Source: a virus
Virus record (IMG/VR): IMGVR_UViG_3300044911_000926
Coordinates: 2,908-66,907 of that record
Reading direction: 5' to 3' (one strand)
Length of the DNA stretch: 64,000 nt
Positions 35,354 through 45,986 of the stretch are shown piece by piece. Position 1 is the first letter of the stretch, and each line of letters starts with the position of its first letter. Made by a program: the position numbers and the translations under genes. The notes below the pieces were generated by a model. The model saw nothing but the letters and a program-made list of their open reading frames with translations. It was not told the origin of the DNA and ran no database searches.

Positions 35354-35853
35354 TGGCAAAAAACGTTTTACAAAAGTACGGCGCGACGACAGCTATCACC
35401 GCTTCGCTTGCGAGCTTGGCAAGTGACACAAACCTGCTTGCGGGTCTTGAGTCTGACGTGATCGACAACACGACAGACGGTTTTGAAGATATCATCCTCA
35501 GCGGCAAGATAACGACCGGAACGAGCCCAACAGCCGCACGACAGATTGAAGTGTGGGCGGTTGCTTGGGACTCCAATGGCTGGCCGGATGTTTTCGACGG
35601 AACAAGTTCAACGGAAACGATTACCAGCAGCGATATAAAGAACTCGATTTGCAAACCGGTCGCGATCATGTCGACAAATAATACAAGCGATCGAACCTAT
35701 CCGTTTACTGGCGTTAGCTTGCGAGAAGTTTTTCGAAACGTTCTTCCGTCAAAGGTTGTGCTTTTTATCGTTCACAACACCGGAGTAAACCTTAATAGTA
35801 CTGCTGGCAATCACGAATTGCGATTGCAAGGAACTTATCCGCAAATCCAATGA
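35353..35853 (+). CDS. putative virion structural protein
   Basis: Thr/Ser-rich beta protein; TAATG coupling. Confidence 0.7.
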   Translation: MAKNVLQKYGATTAITASLASLASDTNLLAGLESDVIDNTTDGFEDIILSGKITTGTSPTAARQIEVWAVAWDSNGWPDVFDGTSSTETITSSDIKNSICKPVAIMSTNNTSDRTYPFTGVSLREVFRNVLPSKVVLFIVHNTGVNLNSTAGNHELRLQGTYPQIQ

Positions 35854-36584
35854 GAAGTTCAAACCTTTGGAATGGCGTCGTTGGTTTTTGGTCCGCTTCG
35901 GCAGGGCCTAGCGGTTATCGCTTGCTTGATCGCAGCGGACGCAATAATCACGGCACGCTGACTGATATGGACGCGGCTACTGATTGGGTAGTCGACGATG
36001 GGCGATACGCTTTAGACTTTGATGGCGTGAATGACTACGTTTTAACAGAATGGTTCAGGCCGGCGGCAACATCGACAAGCATTTCGATATGGATCAAAAA
36101 AACGGCTGCTGATTTTTTTTTCGCAACTGATAGGACTGGTGGAAATGGATTCGGCTTTGAGATTTACCCAAGTATTGTTTATGTGAATATCAATTCAGGA
36201 TATGGGCAATTTAACTTTACAACGAATAACACGTGGCAACATTTTTTATTTTCTTACAACACGAACGGATCGACAAACGCTGAAAGATTGCAACTGTTTA
36301 TCAATGGCATTCAGCGGTCAATGAGTTACCCAAGTGCAATTCCATCAGCGGCAACAGCAAGTACAGAAGCTTTTCAAATTGCAAGAAGACCGTGGGCGCC
36401 AACCGTATGGGGCAAGGGATTGTTTTCGGAATCAGTCGTTTGGAATAGACCGGTATATCCAGCCGAAGCCGCACAACTCTATCAAATCGGCCGCGGCGGA
36501 ATGTTGACACCACGGCGGCGACGTAGAGCGTATTTTGCAGGATCGGGGCTTAGGCGGCGACTACTTTTGACAGGGCAAGTCTAA
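35850..36584 (+). CDS. LamG/concanavalin-like domain protein
   Basis: DRSGRNNHGTL, ALDFDGVNDYV, SISIWIK, WQH, LFING, VWNR. Confidence 0.85.
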   Translation: MRSSNLWNGVVGFWSASAGPSGYRLLDRSGRNNHGTLTDMDAATDWVVDDGRYALDFDGVNDYVLTEWFRPAATSTSISIWIKKTAADFFFATDRTGGNGFGFEIYPSIVYVNINSGYGQFNFTTNNTWQHFLFSYNTNGSTNAERLQLFINGIQRSMSYPSAIPSAATASTEAFQIARRPWAPTVWGKGLFSESVVWNRPVYPAEAAQLYQIGRGGMLTPRRRRRAYFAGSGLRRRLLLTGQV

Positions 36585-38908
36585 TGCAATTTTTGAAACA
36601 ATCGACAGCCGCTAGCGTGATTGTCGGGCCGGTGCTCGATGCGGACGGAAATGCTTACACGTCAGCCGTGATTGGCGATTTCAATTTGACAAAGAACGGC
36701 ACGACCGCGGCGATGGCAGCGGCGGCAACGGCCACGCATTCGCACAACGGGCAATACGTAATTGCATTAACGACGGGCAACACAAACACGTTAGGGCAGC
36801 TCGCCATTAGCATGAATAAGGCGACTTATGGGATGACGATTTTTCGCTATGAGGTTTTGGCGGCTAATCAATTCGATGCGATTGTGACGAATGGGAATCT
36901 TACGCTAGCGACAATTGCCGATGCGGTCTGGGATGAGGATAACCGCGATCACTTGTCTCCTCATTCGACCGGCAAAAATCTGGACACGCTTCGAAAGAGC
37001 AATCTCATAGTCGAAGGCACGATTCTAGCAAGCCCAACACCAACGACAACTGTATTCAGAATCAGTGGTGCAAATTACCCTACAGGAGCTTTAGAGCATT
37101 CGGTTCTGTGGATGAGCACGGGCACTTCGGCAGAACAGAACAGCCCGATACTAACGACCGTCAACAACGGCGACGGCACACTGACAATCACGCTCGAAGA
37201 GGCGTTGGTGACGGCACCTGTTGCGGGCGATACAGTGCTTATCGACCCCACGAGCCACGTTCATGCGATTGCCGATATCGCGGCGGGAATCTGGTCGGCT
37301 GCGTCGAGTGCCTATTCGGCCGCGACCGGCACGATGGGTCTGATCATGTACGCATTTAGCCAGATGCTTGAGCTTGTTTCGAGTGTGTGGCGATGGAAAG
37401 CTTCGTCTCTGACTCAGGCCCCGAGTGGTGGTGGCGGGACTGGATCGTATGCAATGACCATCACCGCGACCAGTTCGGGTGGTGCGGTATCTGGAGTCAA
37501 GTTCCAACTCGTTGGGACCAGCCTGATTGCAACGACTGGGACTTCTGGTGTTATCACGTTCAATGTCGATCCCGGAACTTACACTCTCAGAACAACTCCA
37601 CCGAGTAATTGGGAATCGGTTGCTGACTCGTCCGAGACCGTCACTGCATCGAGCGTTTCTGTTACAAAGACGTTGACCGCGATCGCACAGGTGCCAAGCG
37701 TGATCCAAGGTGCTCCGAGTGCTAGCCTCGCACTTCGTCCAGCGATGGACCGCAAGAACCCGCTGCTCACGCTCGCTTCAGTCGTAGATCACCTGCTGTT
37801 GCTGGAGGAGATCAACCCAGCAGAGCCACGATCTGTCGACAGAGCCACAAAGGCCGCACGAGAAGCACTCAACTCGTTCACATCTTATTCCACCCAAGGG
37901 TTCAGGTACTACGAATCCAGGGCTAAGATTGTGCTTCCTGGGAGTGTAAGCCTCGGGTCGATCACGGTCAGCAACGGTCAGTTCACGATGGGTCAAGCGT
38001 TCACGATGCCTTCGTGGGCACCATTGGCTCACGTCCGTATTGATCGCGCCAGCAACAAGGTCTACCCGATCCTGCTCGTCAACGGGCAGACGATCACGGT
38101 GGACACGCTGGAGAACGGGACCTACGCGAATGTCTACATGGAGCAGTTGTTCTTCCCGCTGCCAAGGAACTTCCGCAGGCGAGGAACGCTGTCAGACGGC
38201 AAGAATAATTACCCGATCGAGGACATGTCTGGTGGCTCGTTCCAGAGCCTCCAGGACTACTACAGGTGGATTGGGTTCTCCGAGTTGGACCGTAGGTTCA
38301 GCGCCATCACGATGGACCAGAGGAACCAGGGCGACCTGATGCTGTCGATCTGGCCTCCGTTCCAAGACAGGATGGAACTCTCGATGTTCTTCGAGCGTTA
38401 CCCAGAGTCGATGAAGCACCACCGAGTCGGTAACTCCGCAGCCACGATCGGAGTGACCGGAGCCACGGCAACGTCCTCTCACGCGATCTTCGACAGCAGC
38501 CACGTCGGGGCTGCGCTGGTGGTCGGGATCAACAACGATCAGGAACTGCTAAAGTCCCTGTCGTCGGACTCGCTGGTTCAGACCCAGCGGATCATCCGGT
38601 ACGTCAGCAGTTCAACGCAGGTCATCCTAGATTCTCCTGTGGACTCGTCTCTCAGTAACCGAGCGTTCTACATCTCGGATATCGTAGACGTGCAGCCAGG
38701 GGTCATGACGGAGGCCTACAAGCGACTGGCAGAGTACGAACTTCTCCGGCAGACCAAGGGCAGTAAGGCCGATAAGAAACTGGAGGAGTTCATTCGCCAG
38801 TTGCAGATGACCCAGTCTGACGACGCTCGGTACAAGGCCTCGGTCGATCCGTACAACACCCCTCACATGGGATACCAGTGGGGCACAGTGACTGGGAGGC
38901 CGACCTGA
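36584..38908 (+). CDS. large virion protein; fibre-like N-half fused to adaptor-like C-half
   Basis: 774 aa; IADAVWDE repeat type and CnaB/Ig-like middle; LPRNF...IWPP in the C-half. Confidence 0.6.
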   Translation: MQFLKQSTAASVIVGPVLDADGNAYTSAVIGDFNLTKNGTTAAMAAAATATHSHNGQYVIALTTGNTNTLGQLAISMNKATYGMTIFRYEVLAANQFDAIVTNGNLTLATIADAVWDEDNRDHLSPHSTGKNLDTLRKSNLIVEGTILASPTPTTTVFRISGANYPTGALEHSVLWMSTGTSAEQNSPILTTVNNGDGTLTITLEEALVTAPVAGDTVLIDPTSHVHAIADIAAGIWSAASSAYSAATGTMGLIMYAFSQMLELVSSVWRWKASSLTQAPSGGGGTGSYAMTITATSSGGAVSGVKFQLVGTSLIATTGTSGVITFNVDPGTYTLRTTPPSNWESVADSSETVTASSVSVTKTLTAIAQVPSVIQGAPSASLALRPAMDRKNPLLTLASVVDHLLLLEEINPAEPRSVDRATKAAREALNSFTSYSTQGFRYYESRAKIVLPGSVSLGSITVSNGQFTMGQAFTMPSWAPLAHVRIDRASNKVYPILLVNGQTITVDTLENGTYANVYMEQLFFPLPRNFRRRGTLSDGKNNYPIEDMSGGSFQSLQDYYRWIGFSELDRRFSAITMDQRNQGDLMLSIWPPFQDRMELSMFFERYPESMKHHRVGNSAATIGVTGATATSSHAIFDSSHVGAALVVGINNDQELLKSLSSDSLVQTQRIIRYVSSSTQVILDSPVDSSLSNRAFYISDIVDVQPGVMTEAYKRLAEYELLRQTKGSKADKKLEEFIRQLQMTQSDDARYKASVDPYNTPHMGYQWGTVTGRPT

Positions 38909-39408
38909 TGCACGCCTACCAGATAGGTAACAAGATCAAGGAGATCGTCGAGCAGTTGCTCACGGACTTGACCTCGGAACTCCCGAGCAATCCGGAGATC
39001 GCACGGTCGAGCCTGAAGCCCTACGTCAACCTCCAGAAAGGGAAGCCGAACATGGGTCGGGACGATCCCAAGATGAGCATCTGCGAGGGGATCACGATCG
39101 TACCGCTGAAACCCAGCGAACTTCCTGGTACGAACGAGCGAGAGGACATGGGGTATCAATACTTCGTGTCAGTGGCACAGGGTACGATGACAGAGGACTT
39201 CAGTAGCAACTGGAGAGTTGGCGTCTGGGAACAGAACATTCGCCAACGGTTTCAGCAAAGACGATTGGGAGTTACACTAGATTCTGCTTGTGAACTTGGG
39301 TGTACTGTAACAGCCGGTGCATTGCCTGAATGGGCCGAACTGAAGGACGGAGTCGATGCTTCGTTCATGACAATCACCTGCTTCGTAAGAGAGTCCCGAC
39401 GTGGCTAA
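38908..39408 (+). CDS. putative tail completion/terminator protein
   Basis: position before the tail tube; size. Confidence 0.5.
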   Translation: MHAYQIGNKIKEIVEQLLTDLTSELPSNPEIARSSLKPYVNLQKGKPNMGRDDPKMSICEGITIVPLKPSELPGTNEREDMGYQYFVSVAQGTMTEDFSSNWRVGVWEQNIRQRFQQRRLGVTLDSACELGCTVTAGALPEWAELKDGVDASFMTITCFVRESRRG

Positions 39409-40351
39409 TAACAGTATCTGTGACTGCGGATCGCAGGGTGGTTTAAGCGAAGTCTGCATTGTCGTTGGAGCCACCACGACGAGGTTCGACTTTGTTGCCG
39501 AGAACCTTGCACTCAAGAGTGTTCAGGGTGACGGCGAGCCCATCGTTGGCAACCAGGGGATCACCGGAAGTCTCGACCTGTTCGCGGACCATATCCGGAA
39601 GGGGCCAGCGTGGGTTGAAGGCAGTTTGGTGATGAACATGTCTGCCAAGGAACTGGACGTGTGGTTGCCGTTGGTACTTCGCGGGACTGAGGTGTCCGAC
39701 ACTCACTTCCCAGGGCTGCTCTCTCCGTCGTTCGACATCATCGTCAAGAGAGACCAGGGAACGTTTCGGTACAACGGGTGCCAAGTCGACAAGTTTCTGA
39801 TCACGGCGGAGGCCATGTCGGAGGAGCCGAGTCTCGTGACTGCGGTGATCTCGGTCATCGGCAGGGACGAGGTTCAGGGCACTTGGCCGAATCCTGCTCC
39901 GGCACGACTGTCAACCAACAACCTGTACTGGTTGATGGCAGACTCGACACTGACGCTCAACAACAACGAATACTCGTTCGAGCGGTTCAGTCTGATGTAC
40001 GACAACATGCTGACTCCGTTGATCCGTAACTCGCTGCGTCCGCTCTGCATCAGGTCTGAGGGCAGGCGAACGATGCTCCAAGCACAGTTGCCGATGTGCT
40101 CGAACACACTGGACAATCTGTATTGGACGCCGCTAGACGGTGCTGGGTCGCTCAACTTCGAGTCGAGCAAGAACCTCGGTGTTTCCACAAGCCAGACCAA
40201 CTTCCAGTTTGCAAGGCTGTACGGACCCAAGGTCAGTCCGGGAACGAGGGGTAAGTCCGAGACGTTCTTGCAGGTCAACTTGCAGTCGTATCCAGGCACG
40301 ACACCAGCCACGGACCCGAGCCTGAAGGTCTACAACAAGTTCCCTGCGTAG
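39401..40351 (+). CDS. putative tail tube protein
   Basis: 316 aa beta-rich; FRYNGCQVDKF, FSL.YDNML pattern of phage tube proteins. Confidence 0.65.
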   Translation: MANNSICDCGSQGGLSEVCIVVGATTTRFDFVAENLALKSVQGDGEPIVGNQGITGSLDLFADHIRKGPAWVEGSLVMNMSAKELDVWLPLVLRGTEVSDTHFPGLLSPSFDIIVKRDQGTFRYNGCQVDKFLITAEAMSEEPSLVTAVISVIGRDEVQGTWPNPAPARLSTNNLYWLMADSTLTLNNNEYSFERFSLMYDNMLTPLIRNSLRPLCIRSEGRRTMLQAQLPMCSNTLDNLYWTPLDGAGSLNFESSKNLGVSTSQTNFQFARLYGPKVSPGTRGKSETFLQVNLQSYPGTTPATDPSLKVYNKFPA

Positions 40352-40358
40352 GTGCTAA

Positions 40359-41030
40359 GTGAACCGAGAGGAACAGCGTCTTAACGCTATCGAACTGATG
40401 GCACGCCTTGCCACAACCAAGGATGCTATGGCTTCGTTCGACATCGAGGGTCACCAGTGGTCCTCGGGCAAGATCGATGCTGCGGTCAGGATGGAGGATC
40501 TCGGTAGGGAGACAGCAAACGCCACGACCCAGATCGACATCAGCCAGACGCTGACCGACATTGCTACGGACGCTCTGACAAGGTTCAGCACGGAGGAGGC
40601 GAAGCAGTCCAAGAGGCAGATCCAGGAAACGCTCAAGCCCACAACTCCGCAGAAAAGCGAGCGGCTCAAGAAGCGGGACCAGGTCTCTCCGGTCAAGGCG
40701 TTCGACAGTCCGATCTCCAGGATGGACTACGAGTCGTACCTTGACGCGACTCGGGAGATGGGCCTGAACAAAGCCGAGCCATTTCCTTTGGATCAAGGAA
40801 AAGGCCCGAGGCTCAACCGGGACAAGCAAGGACCTCCTGTCGCACCGATGCTCGACATGAATCACTTGCGGAACCTGAACGACGTTGGCGAGGTCCAGAC
40901 TGCTGTCGATGAGTTCAGCCTTGAGATGGGAAGGTTTGCACAGTCTGTTGCCGATTCGATCAAGACCCTGACTCGCAGGCTGAACTCGCTATCAAGGTCG
41001 CTCGAAGCAGAGGGGCACGATATCCGATGA
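40359..41030 (+). CDS. helical tail-region protein
   Basis: 223 aa, GTG start, in tail operon. Confidence 0.6.
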   Translation: MNREEQRLNAIELMARLATTKDAMASFDIEGHQWSSGKIDAAVRMEDLGRETANATTQIDISQTLTDIATDALTRFSTEEAKQSKRQIQETLKPTTPQKSERLKKRDQVSPVKAFDSPISRMDYESYLDATREMGLNKAEPFPLDQGKGPRLNRDKQGPPVAPMLDMNHLRNLNDVGEVQTAVDEFSLEMGRFAQSVADSIKTLTRRLNSLSRSLEAEGHDIR

Positions 41031-41791
41031 GCCAGATCTACTTCGAGTACGGATCGTACAAGCACCCTGCCGGAGAGGTGTATCCCAAGCGGATCGAGTT
41101 GATCCCGCAGGTGAGCGAGCAGGGATTCCGGTGGGCATCGAAGTACAGGATGCAGATCGGAGGGAACTTCTGCGACGACATCGGGACTCCGCTAACACCA
41201 GCCTTGGTCAACACCAAGATCTCCCAACTCGAAGCAGCGTATGTCAACGACTACCAAGACTTCGGGTTCAGGTTCGTAGGCACGGACGTAAAGACTCCGC
41301 ACTACGTCAACACCAACGATGTGAACAACCTGAGCGGCAACAAGATCGTCAGTGCAAGTTGGGACTACGAGTCTCCAGCAGAGTACGCCAATACCAGGAC
41401 GTTCACGATCGAATTAGAAGCGATCATCAAGCAGTCCTACTCGAACATCCTTGCCTTTCACGAGACGGTGTCAGAGCACGGAGACGGTGGTGCAGACTGG
41501 ACATTTAGGACCAGGTGGCAGGGACTTCCGATTCGAGAGGACATTAGCCAGTACACACCTGTCACGCTGGTCCAACAGGGACGTGTTGTAGGTCTGTCGT
41601 CGCACCCGATGCCTCCTGCTCCGTGGTGGCCTGGGGACATGTACGGACCAGGCAAGGTTGTCGAACGAAAGAGTCCGATGATCCTCGGGCATCCTAGTGC
41701 AGCCAAGACGGTGTTCTACGTCACTGAATATCGTTATGTTTTCCTTCGGGCAACGGCAACTAACCCAACCCCTGGGATCTGGTACACGTAA
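41027..41791 (+). CDS. putative tail tip protein
   Basis: operon position; beta-rich. Confidence 0.6.
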   Translation: MSQIYFEYGSYKHPAGEVYPKRIELIPQVSEQGFRWASKYRMQIGGNFCDDIGTPLTPALVNTKISQLEAAYVNDYQDFGFRFVGTDVKTPHYVNTNDVNNLSGNKIVSASWDYESPAEYANTRTFTIELEAIIKQSYSNILAFHETVSEHGDGGADWTFRTRWQGLPIREDISQYTPVTLVQQGRVVGLSSHPMPPAPWWPGDMYGPGKVVERKSPMILGHPSAAKTVFYVTEYRYVFLRATATNPTPGIWYT

Positions 41792-43179
41792 TGGAAGCGA
41801 CCCTCAGCAACTGGCCTGAAGTCACATGCTTCGACATCTTTCAGGGTAGCCGTTCTGCTCCTGGGAAGATCGTTGTAGATACGCTAATTGCTGGGTCCAC
41901 TAACCTCACGTCATGTCCGTTCCAGACCAGCCTGACGATCACGGCACGGAGCACGACTTTTCAGTGGAGCGACCTGAAGATTGTTCGGGGTCCACGCCAG
42001 AACGGTCCATTCATCCGGACGGTATTCGAGGACTCTAGGTGGAAACTCAAGGATGTTTACCTTGCCGAGAACTACAACCAGAGAGACTGCCAAGGGAACC
42101 TCTATTCGGCCTCGGAGAAGTCCGTATCGGATCTTGTAGGGATAATCGCCGCAGCGTCAGGATTGAGCATTACGGTGGCGTCCAGCCCCTCGTACAAGCC
42201 TCTGGCTGACTGGAGAGGAAAGCGGGCTGACATCGCATTGGACGAACTCCTGTCTCGTTCCGGATGCAGGATGGTCTACAACCCCGTCAGTCAGACCTAC
42301 GTCTTTGGACTCATGGGGACAGGGTCGCTTCCGAACCTTGACGAGCGAACGTACCGACAGCCTCCTGCTACTGTGGCCAAGGACTTTGTTCTGTACACGG
42401 CACCGATCACCTACGAGAAGAAGTTCCAGTGTACTGCCAAGGTATGGAACGAATCGAACGTGTTGGAGACGGTTAGTTCCCCAGAGGACGTGTTCACTAA
42501 CTGGGCAGGGATTGGCAACGCTCGGAAGAAGTCCCGATACCAGCACGGTGCTCTCAGGTTGTGGAAGCCGAACGACTCCAACGTCATGCTCCTTGGCAGG
42601 AGAGCATTGTCCGTTGCTCATGGTGACGATGACATCACCTATGCAGCGGCGGTGTTCACCGAACCAACTCTTGCTGGACTGCCCAAGGCCACGGCGTTAA
42701 TCCAGCCCAGCCCGTTCAGCAACGACGCTCTGTCAGTCACGGCGGGTGGTACGGTGTTTCAGTGCCAGCAGCCACGGGTCGAGGTTGACTCCAGCGGGAA
42801 CGTCAAGACAACTGCGGAGATCCTGTCCGCTTACTACACGCTTACCAACGGAGTCCCGACAAGGTCTAGCAAGACGATCGAGATTAGCCCCAGCGGTACA
42901 GGGAACGTGGTCGTGTTCCACGATTGGATACGACCCGTGTCCAGTACGGAGTCGGACGTGTCGAACGTCGAGTGGGATACGCTTCGAGACGCAGTGGCTG
43001 CGAATCTACATGCAGGACTCTCTGCACAGTCTCAGCACGTCGAGGTCTCGTACATCGCACCCAACGGTGGTGCAGCGCAGGTTGCAGGCTGTAGGTGGAC
43101 CGGGAAGGTCTTTCCTCAGGCCGAGGCTAGGACTGCGTTCGCGATCAACTTCGAGCCTTCGGAGTGGAGGAACTTCTGA
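41791..43179 (+). CDS. putative baseplate hub/tail protein
   Basis: DSRWKL...YN...W....ALDELL..GCR pattern; position. Confidence 0.6.
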   Translation: MEATLSNWPEVTCFDIFQGSRSAPGKIVVDTLIAGSTNLTSCPFQTSLTITARSTTFQWSDLKIVRGPRQNGPFIRTVFEDSRWKLKDVYLAENYNQRDCQGNLYSASEKSVSDLVGIIAAASGLSITVASSPSYKPLADWRGKRADIALDELLSRSGCRMVYNPVSQTYVFGLMGTGSLPNLDERTYRQPPATVAKDFVLYTAPITYEKKFQCTAKVWNESNVLETVSSPEDVFTNWAGIGNARKKSRYQHGALRLWKPNDSNVMLLGRRALSVAHGDDDITYAAAVFTEPTLAGLPKATALIQPSPFSNDALSVTAGGTVFQCQQPRVEVDSSGNVKTTAEILSAYYTLTNGVPTRSSKTIEISPSGTGNVVVFHDWIRPVSSTESDVSNVEWDTLRDAVAANLHAGLSAQSQHVEVSYIAPNGGAAQVAGCRWTGKVFPQAEARTAFAINFEPSEWRNF

Positions 43180-43739
43180 TGAAACACTCCAGGGCGATTC
43201 TCGTCGAAGCCACGAGCACGGCACTTGCCCGAGACGGAGACACTTGCAAGACATTCAACGCCAAGCCTGTACTCGTCAATCAGACCAGCGAATCCGAGGT
43301 TGCTCTCAAGGAGGTCAACAAGGAGTTCAAGGTCATCAACACGGCAGAGCAGGATGTTGCTGTCGGAGATAGGTTCGTAGTCGTGCAGGACATCTCGGGC
43401 TTCTGGATCAGGCTGGAGCCGAGTGGTGGTGGAGATCAGATCCAAGGAGAGATCACTGCGATCGACGCTGGGACAGGCGACTACGTCGGACTCACTGTGG
43501 CAACGATCTCTGTGGAGGTGGCACCGTGCAATCAACCAAGCCTGCTTGGAACGTCGGTTGAGGTTGTGGACTGGTCCGGGTGCGTCTTTGACTTGACGGA
43601 AGAAGAACTGCTCGGAGTATGGGCATGGGCCAACAGAGGCATCGCTCTGTCGCGAGACCCATACGCATCGGAGGGACAACTGACACCGTGCCACTGGGTT
43701 GCTGACGATAGGTGCTGCGTACCTTCAGAACAAGGCTAA
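43179..43739 (+). CDS. tail-associated hypothetical protein
   Basis: TGATG coupling. Confidence 0.65.
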   Translation: MKHSRAILVEATSTALARDGDTCKTFNAKPVLVNQTSESEVALKEVNKEFKVINTAEQDVAVGDRFVVVQDISGFWIRLEPSGGGDQIQGEITAIDAGTGDYVGLTVATISVEVAPCNQPSLLGTSVEVVDWSGCVFDLTEEELLGVWAWANRGIALSRDPYASEGQLTPCHWVADDRCCVPSEQG

Positions 43740-43742
43740 CAC

Positions 43743-44915
43743 ATGCCAACACGAAGATGCTGCTGTATCCGGGGATGTCCTCTAGGTTCAGACGACTTTG
43801 ACAGGCCGGACAGCGACAGCCCTGGTCCGAAGTGGCACGAGGTAGAAGGTGACTGGGACATTCTCGGAAACACGATCACCGGTGATGGGAAACTTGCTAC
43901 CACGATCTGTCATCCCGCAGGGTTCACGGAAGGGTCTTGGCTTGCTGCGTTCGATCTCGTGGATGTCAGGTCGATCTCGGTGTTCAAGGTTGGTGCAGGC
44001 AATCCGTCAACGTCAACGTACAGGGTGGAGTTCACGCCGTCAGGGATAGACACGCTAAACGCCAAGATCAACGTCAAGGTCATCGGAGACGAGACGATCG
44101 ACTACGACTTCGCTTGGCCTGTCGGTGTGGGAGGAACGTCGGCGAACATCGTCAGAGCCTACGTCTGCTACCTTCCGAACGTCATGCTGCGAGCGGACAT
44201 CGGTGCCCCACCAGAGGTCGATGCTTGTGCCGGAGATGATGGTGCTCCTTGCTACAACATCGGAGGAGTGGATGTAGGAGGGTTCTTCTTCGTGTCTGGA
44301 AGGTTCGACAACTGGACTTACGACACGACGATCCTCGACAACTTCAACTGCGATCCTTGTGGCTGCTTCTGCTTCAAACGAGAAGGGCTGCTCAAAGAGT
44401 TTGCTTGCTTCCCAGATATATTAACTGTCAACTTCGAGTTGACAGATGGAAGTTGCTCTACGCTGGACGGGTTCTCGCTGACACTGGAGAAAGGCCAGTT
44501 GTCTCCGGGTGACGGGACTCCGTCAAAGCTGAAATGGTTCTCAGACGTGCAGACCTGCTCGTATGGAGCGGGCGGAACGTGGGCTATGGTCTTGGAGTGT
44601 ACTCCGATAACAAAGGACGGAACGAACTGGCTCCTTGCTCCGTCGCTTAGGATCACGGACGGGAGTTACATTTCTTCGACAACGGTGTTCATCTGGGAGT
44701 TGACGGCAGGCTCCACTGTCACGCCGAGTTTCGACTTGTCTACATGCAATCCTTTGTCGATGGTGTACGAAGGACTAAAGGTTCAGTCTCAGTTCGGTCC
44801 ATGCGGAGCACCAGGTCAGTTCGGGTACTTCCCGTTCTGCTGTCCTGTCCCGGCTGGCCAGGACTGCTACACGTCGATCCCGAATATCAAGTTCAAGATC
44901 ACTGTCACGGAGTAG
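43743..44915 (+). CDS. Cys-rich tail fibre/receptor-binding candidate
   Basis: CCC N-terminus, DDFDR..W...GDW, many Cys. Confidence 0.6.
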   Translation: MPTRRCCCIRGCPLGSDDFDRPDSDSPGPKWHEVEGDWDILGNTITGDGKLATTICHPAGFTEGSWLAAFDLVDVRSISVFKVGAGNPSTSTYRVEFTPSGIDTLNAKINVKVIGDETIDYDFAWPVGVGGTSANIVRAYVCYLPNVMLRADIGAPPEVDACAGDDGAPCYNIGGVDVGGFFFVSGRFDNWTYDTTILDNFNCDPCGCFCFKREGLLKEFACFPDILTVNFELTDGSCSTLDGFSLTLEKGQLSPGDGTPSKLKWFSDVQTCSYGAGGTWAMVLECTPITKDGTNWLLAPSLRITDGSYISSTTVFIWELTAGSTVTPSFDLSTCNPLSMVYEGLKVQSQFGPCGAPGQFGYFPFCCPVPAGQDCYTSIPNIKFKITVTE

Positions 44916-44918
44916 CTG

Positions 44919-45911
44919 ATGACAGGTTGCGAGTGTTCAGATCCGGGCTGGTGTGACAGGCACAAGTGCAAGAAGTCCGACAGGATGCACCAACTCTGTC
45001 AGACCCGAGAGAACTACTGGACCGCATGGGAGAACGGTATAGGACCTGGTCAGAAGTCCCGTGGACTGGGAGACACCGTAGCCAAGGCCATCAACGTCGC
45101 CACAGCAGGACTGGTCCAGCCTTGCGGTAGTTGCAACAAGCGGAAGGAGAGACTCAACGCCTTGCTTCCCTACCGGACTCAGCAGAAGTACGAGCCGATC
45201 ACCAAGCGGAACCTGATCTACCACGTCCACCCAGAAGAGGGGTACAAGGATCTGGTCAGGGAGGTCTCGAAGCACCGAAGGACCTTCAGCGGAAAGATCG
45301 TTGTGGCTGTAGGTGCAGATCCGGATCACGACGTTGACTCGATCTTGGACTTTCTCGGCGAGGAATTGAACCCACACGAGATCATGGTCCTGAATAACAA
45401 TCCCGAAGTCCGGGAGACAGCCACGTTCCAGAGGCTCCTAGAATCGATCCTAAGCGACGACAGCGGCACGGCGACGTTCTACTGCCACACCAAGGGAAAC
45501 TCGACGGCAGACAGCAAGGACGGGGCTAGGAGGTGGCGTCAGGTCATGATCCAGAGACTGCTGTTGCATTGGTCGGACGCGATGGAACACCTGCGGAGGT
45601 ACACGTTCGTCGGGACCCACAAGATGATCTGGCCTGAGAACGCACTTCCACCGTACCCAACCAGGCTCCGAGCCAAGCACCAGTGGATGCACTCGGGGAC
45701 GTTTTGGTGGTTCCGGAACGACCGGGTCTCGGAAGCGTACACACCGGAATCGATAGTCTGGGATAGGTACGGCGTCGAGGCGTGGCCGTCCCAATTGGTC
45801 CACCACGAGGAAGCGTATTCCATGTGGCAACCGTGGGGAGAAACCGAGGATGCGTACCCTCAACGCAGTCCGTATGACGCCAGATTGTACGACCAGGATT
45901 TCTCCAAGTAA
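44919..45911 (+). CDS. glycosyltransferase-like protein with Cys-rich N-terminus
   Basis: GLGDTVAK..CGSCNKRK..LN; FYCHTKG and SGTFWW motifs resembling RgpF-type rhamnan synthesis proteins. Confidence 0.55.
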   Translation: MTGCECSDPGWCDRHKCKKSDRMHQLCQTRENYWTAWENGIGPGQKSRGLGDTVAKAINVATAGLVQPCGSCNKRKERLNALLPYRTQQKYEPITKRNLIYHVHPEEGYKDLVREVSKHRRTFSGKIVVAVGADPDHDVDSILDFLGEELNPHEIMVLNNNPEVRETATFQRLLESILSDDSGTATFYCHTKGNSTADSKDGARRWRQVMIQRLLLHWSDAMEHLRRYTFVGTHKMIWPENALPPYPTRLRAKHQWMHSGTFWWFRNDRVSEAYTPESIVWDRYGVEAWPSQLVHHEEAYSMWQPWGETEDAYPQRSPYDARLYDQDFSK

Positions 45912-45986
45912 CCGGAGATTCGTTGCAGTTCCTCGGGAAATCTGGTCCAATGTCCACCGTATAGCAACCTAACCAGGAGACGAGCG

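Noticed and set aside
43743-45911. Diversity-generating retroelement target in the tail region
   Set aside because: No reverse transcriptase gene and no TR/VR pair with adenine-specific mismatches seen.
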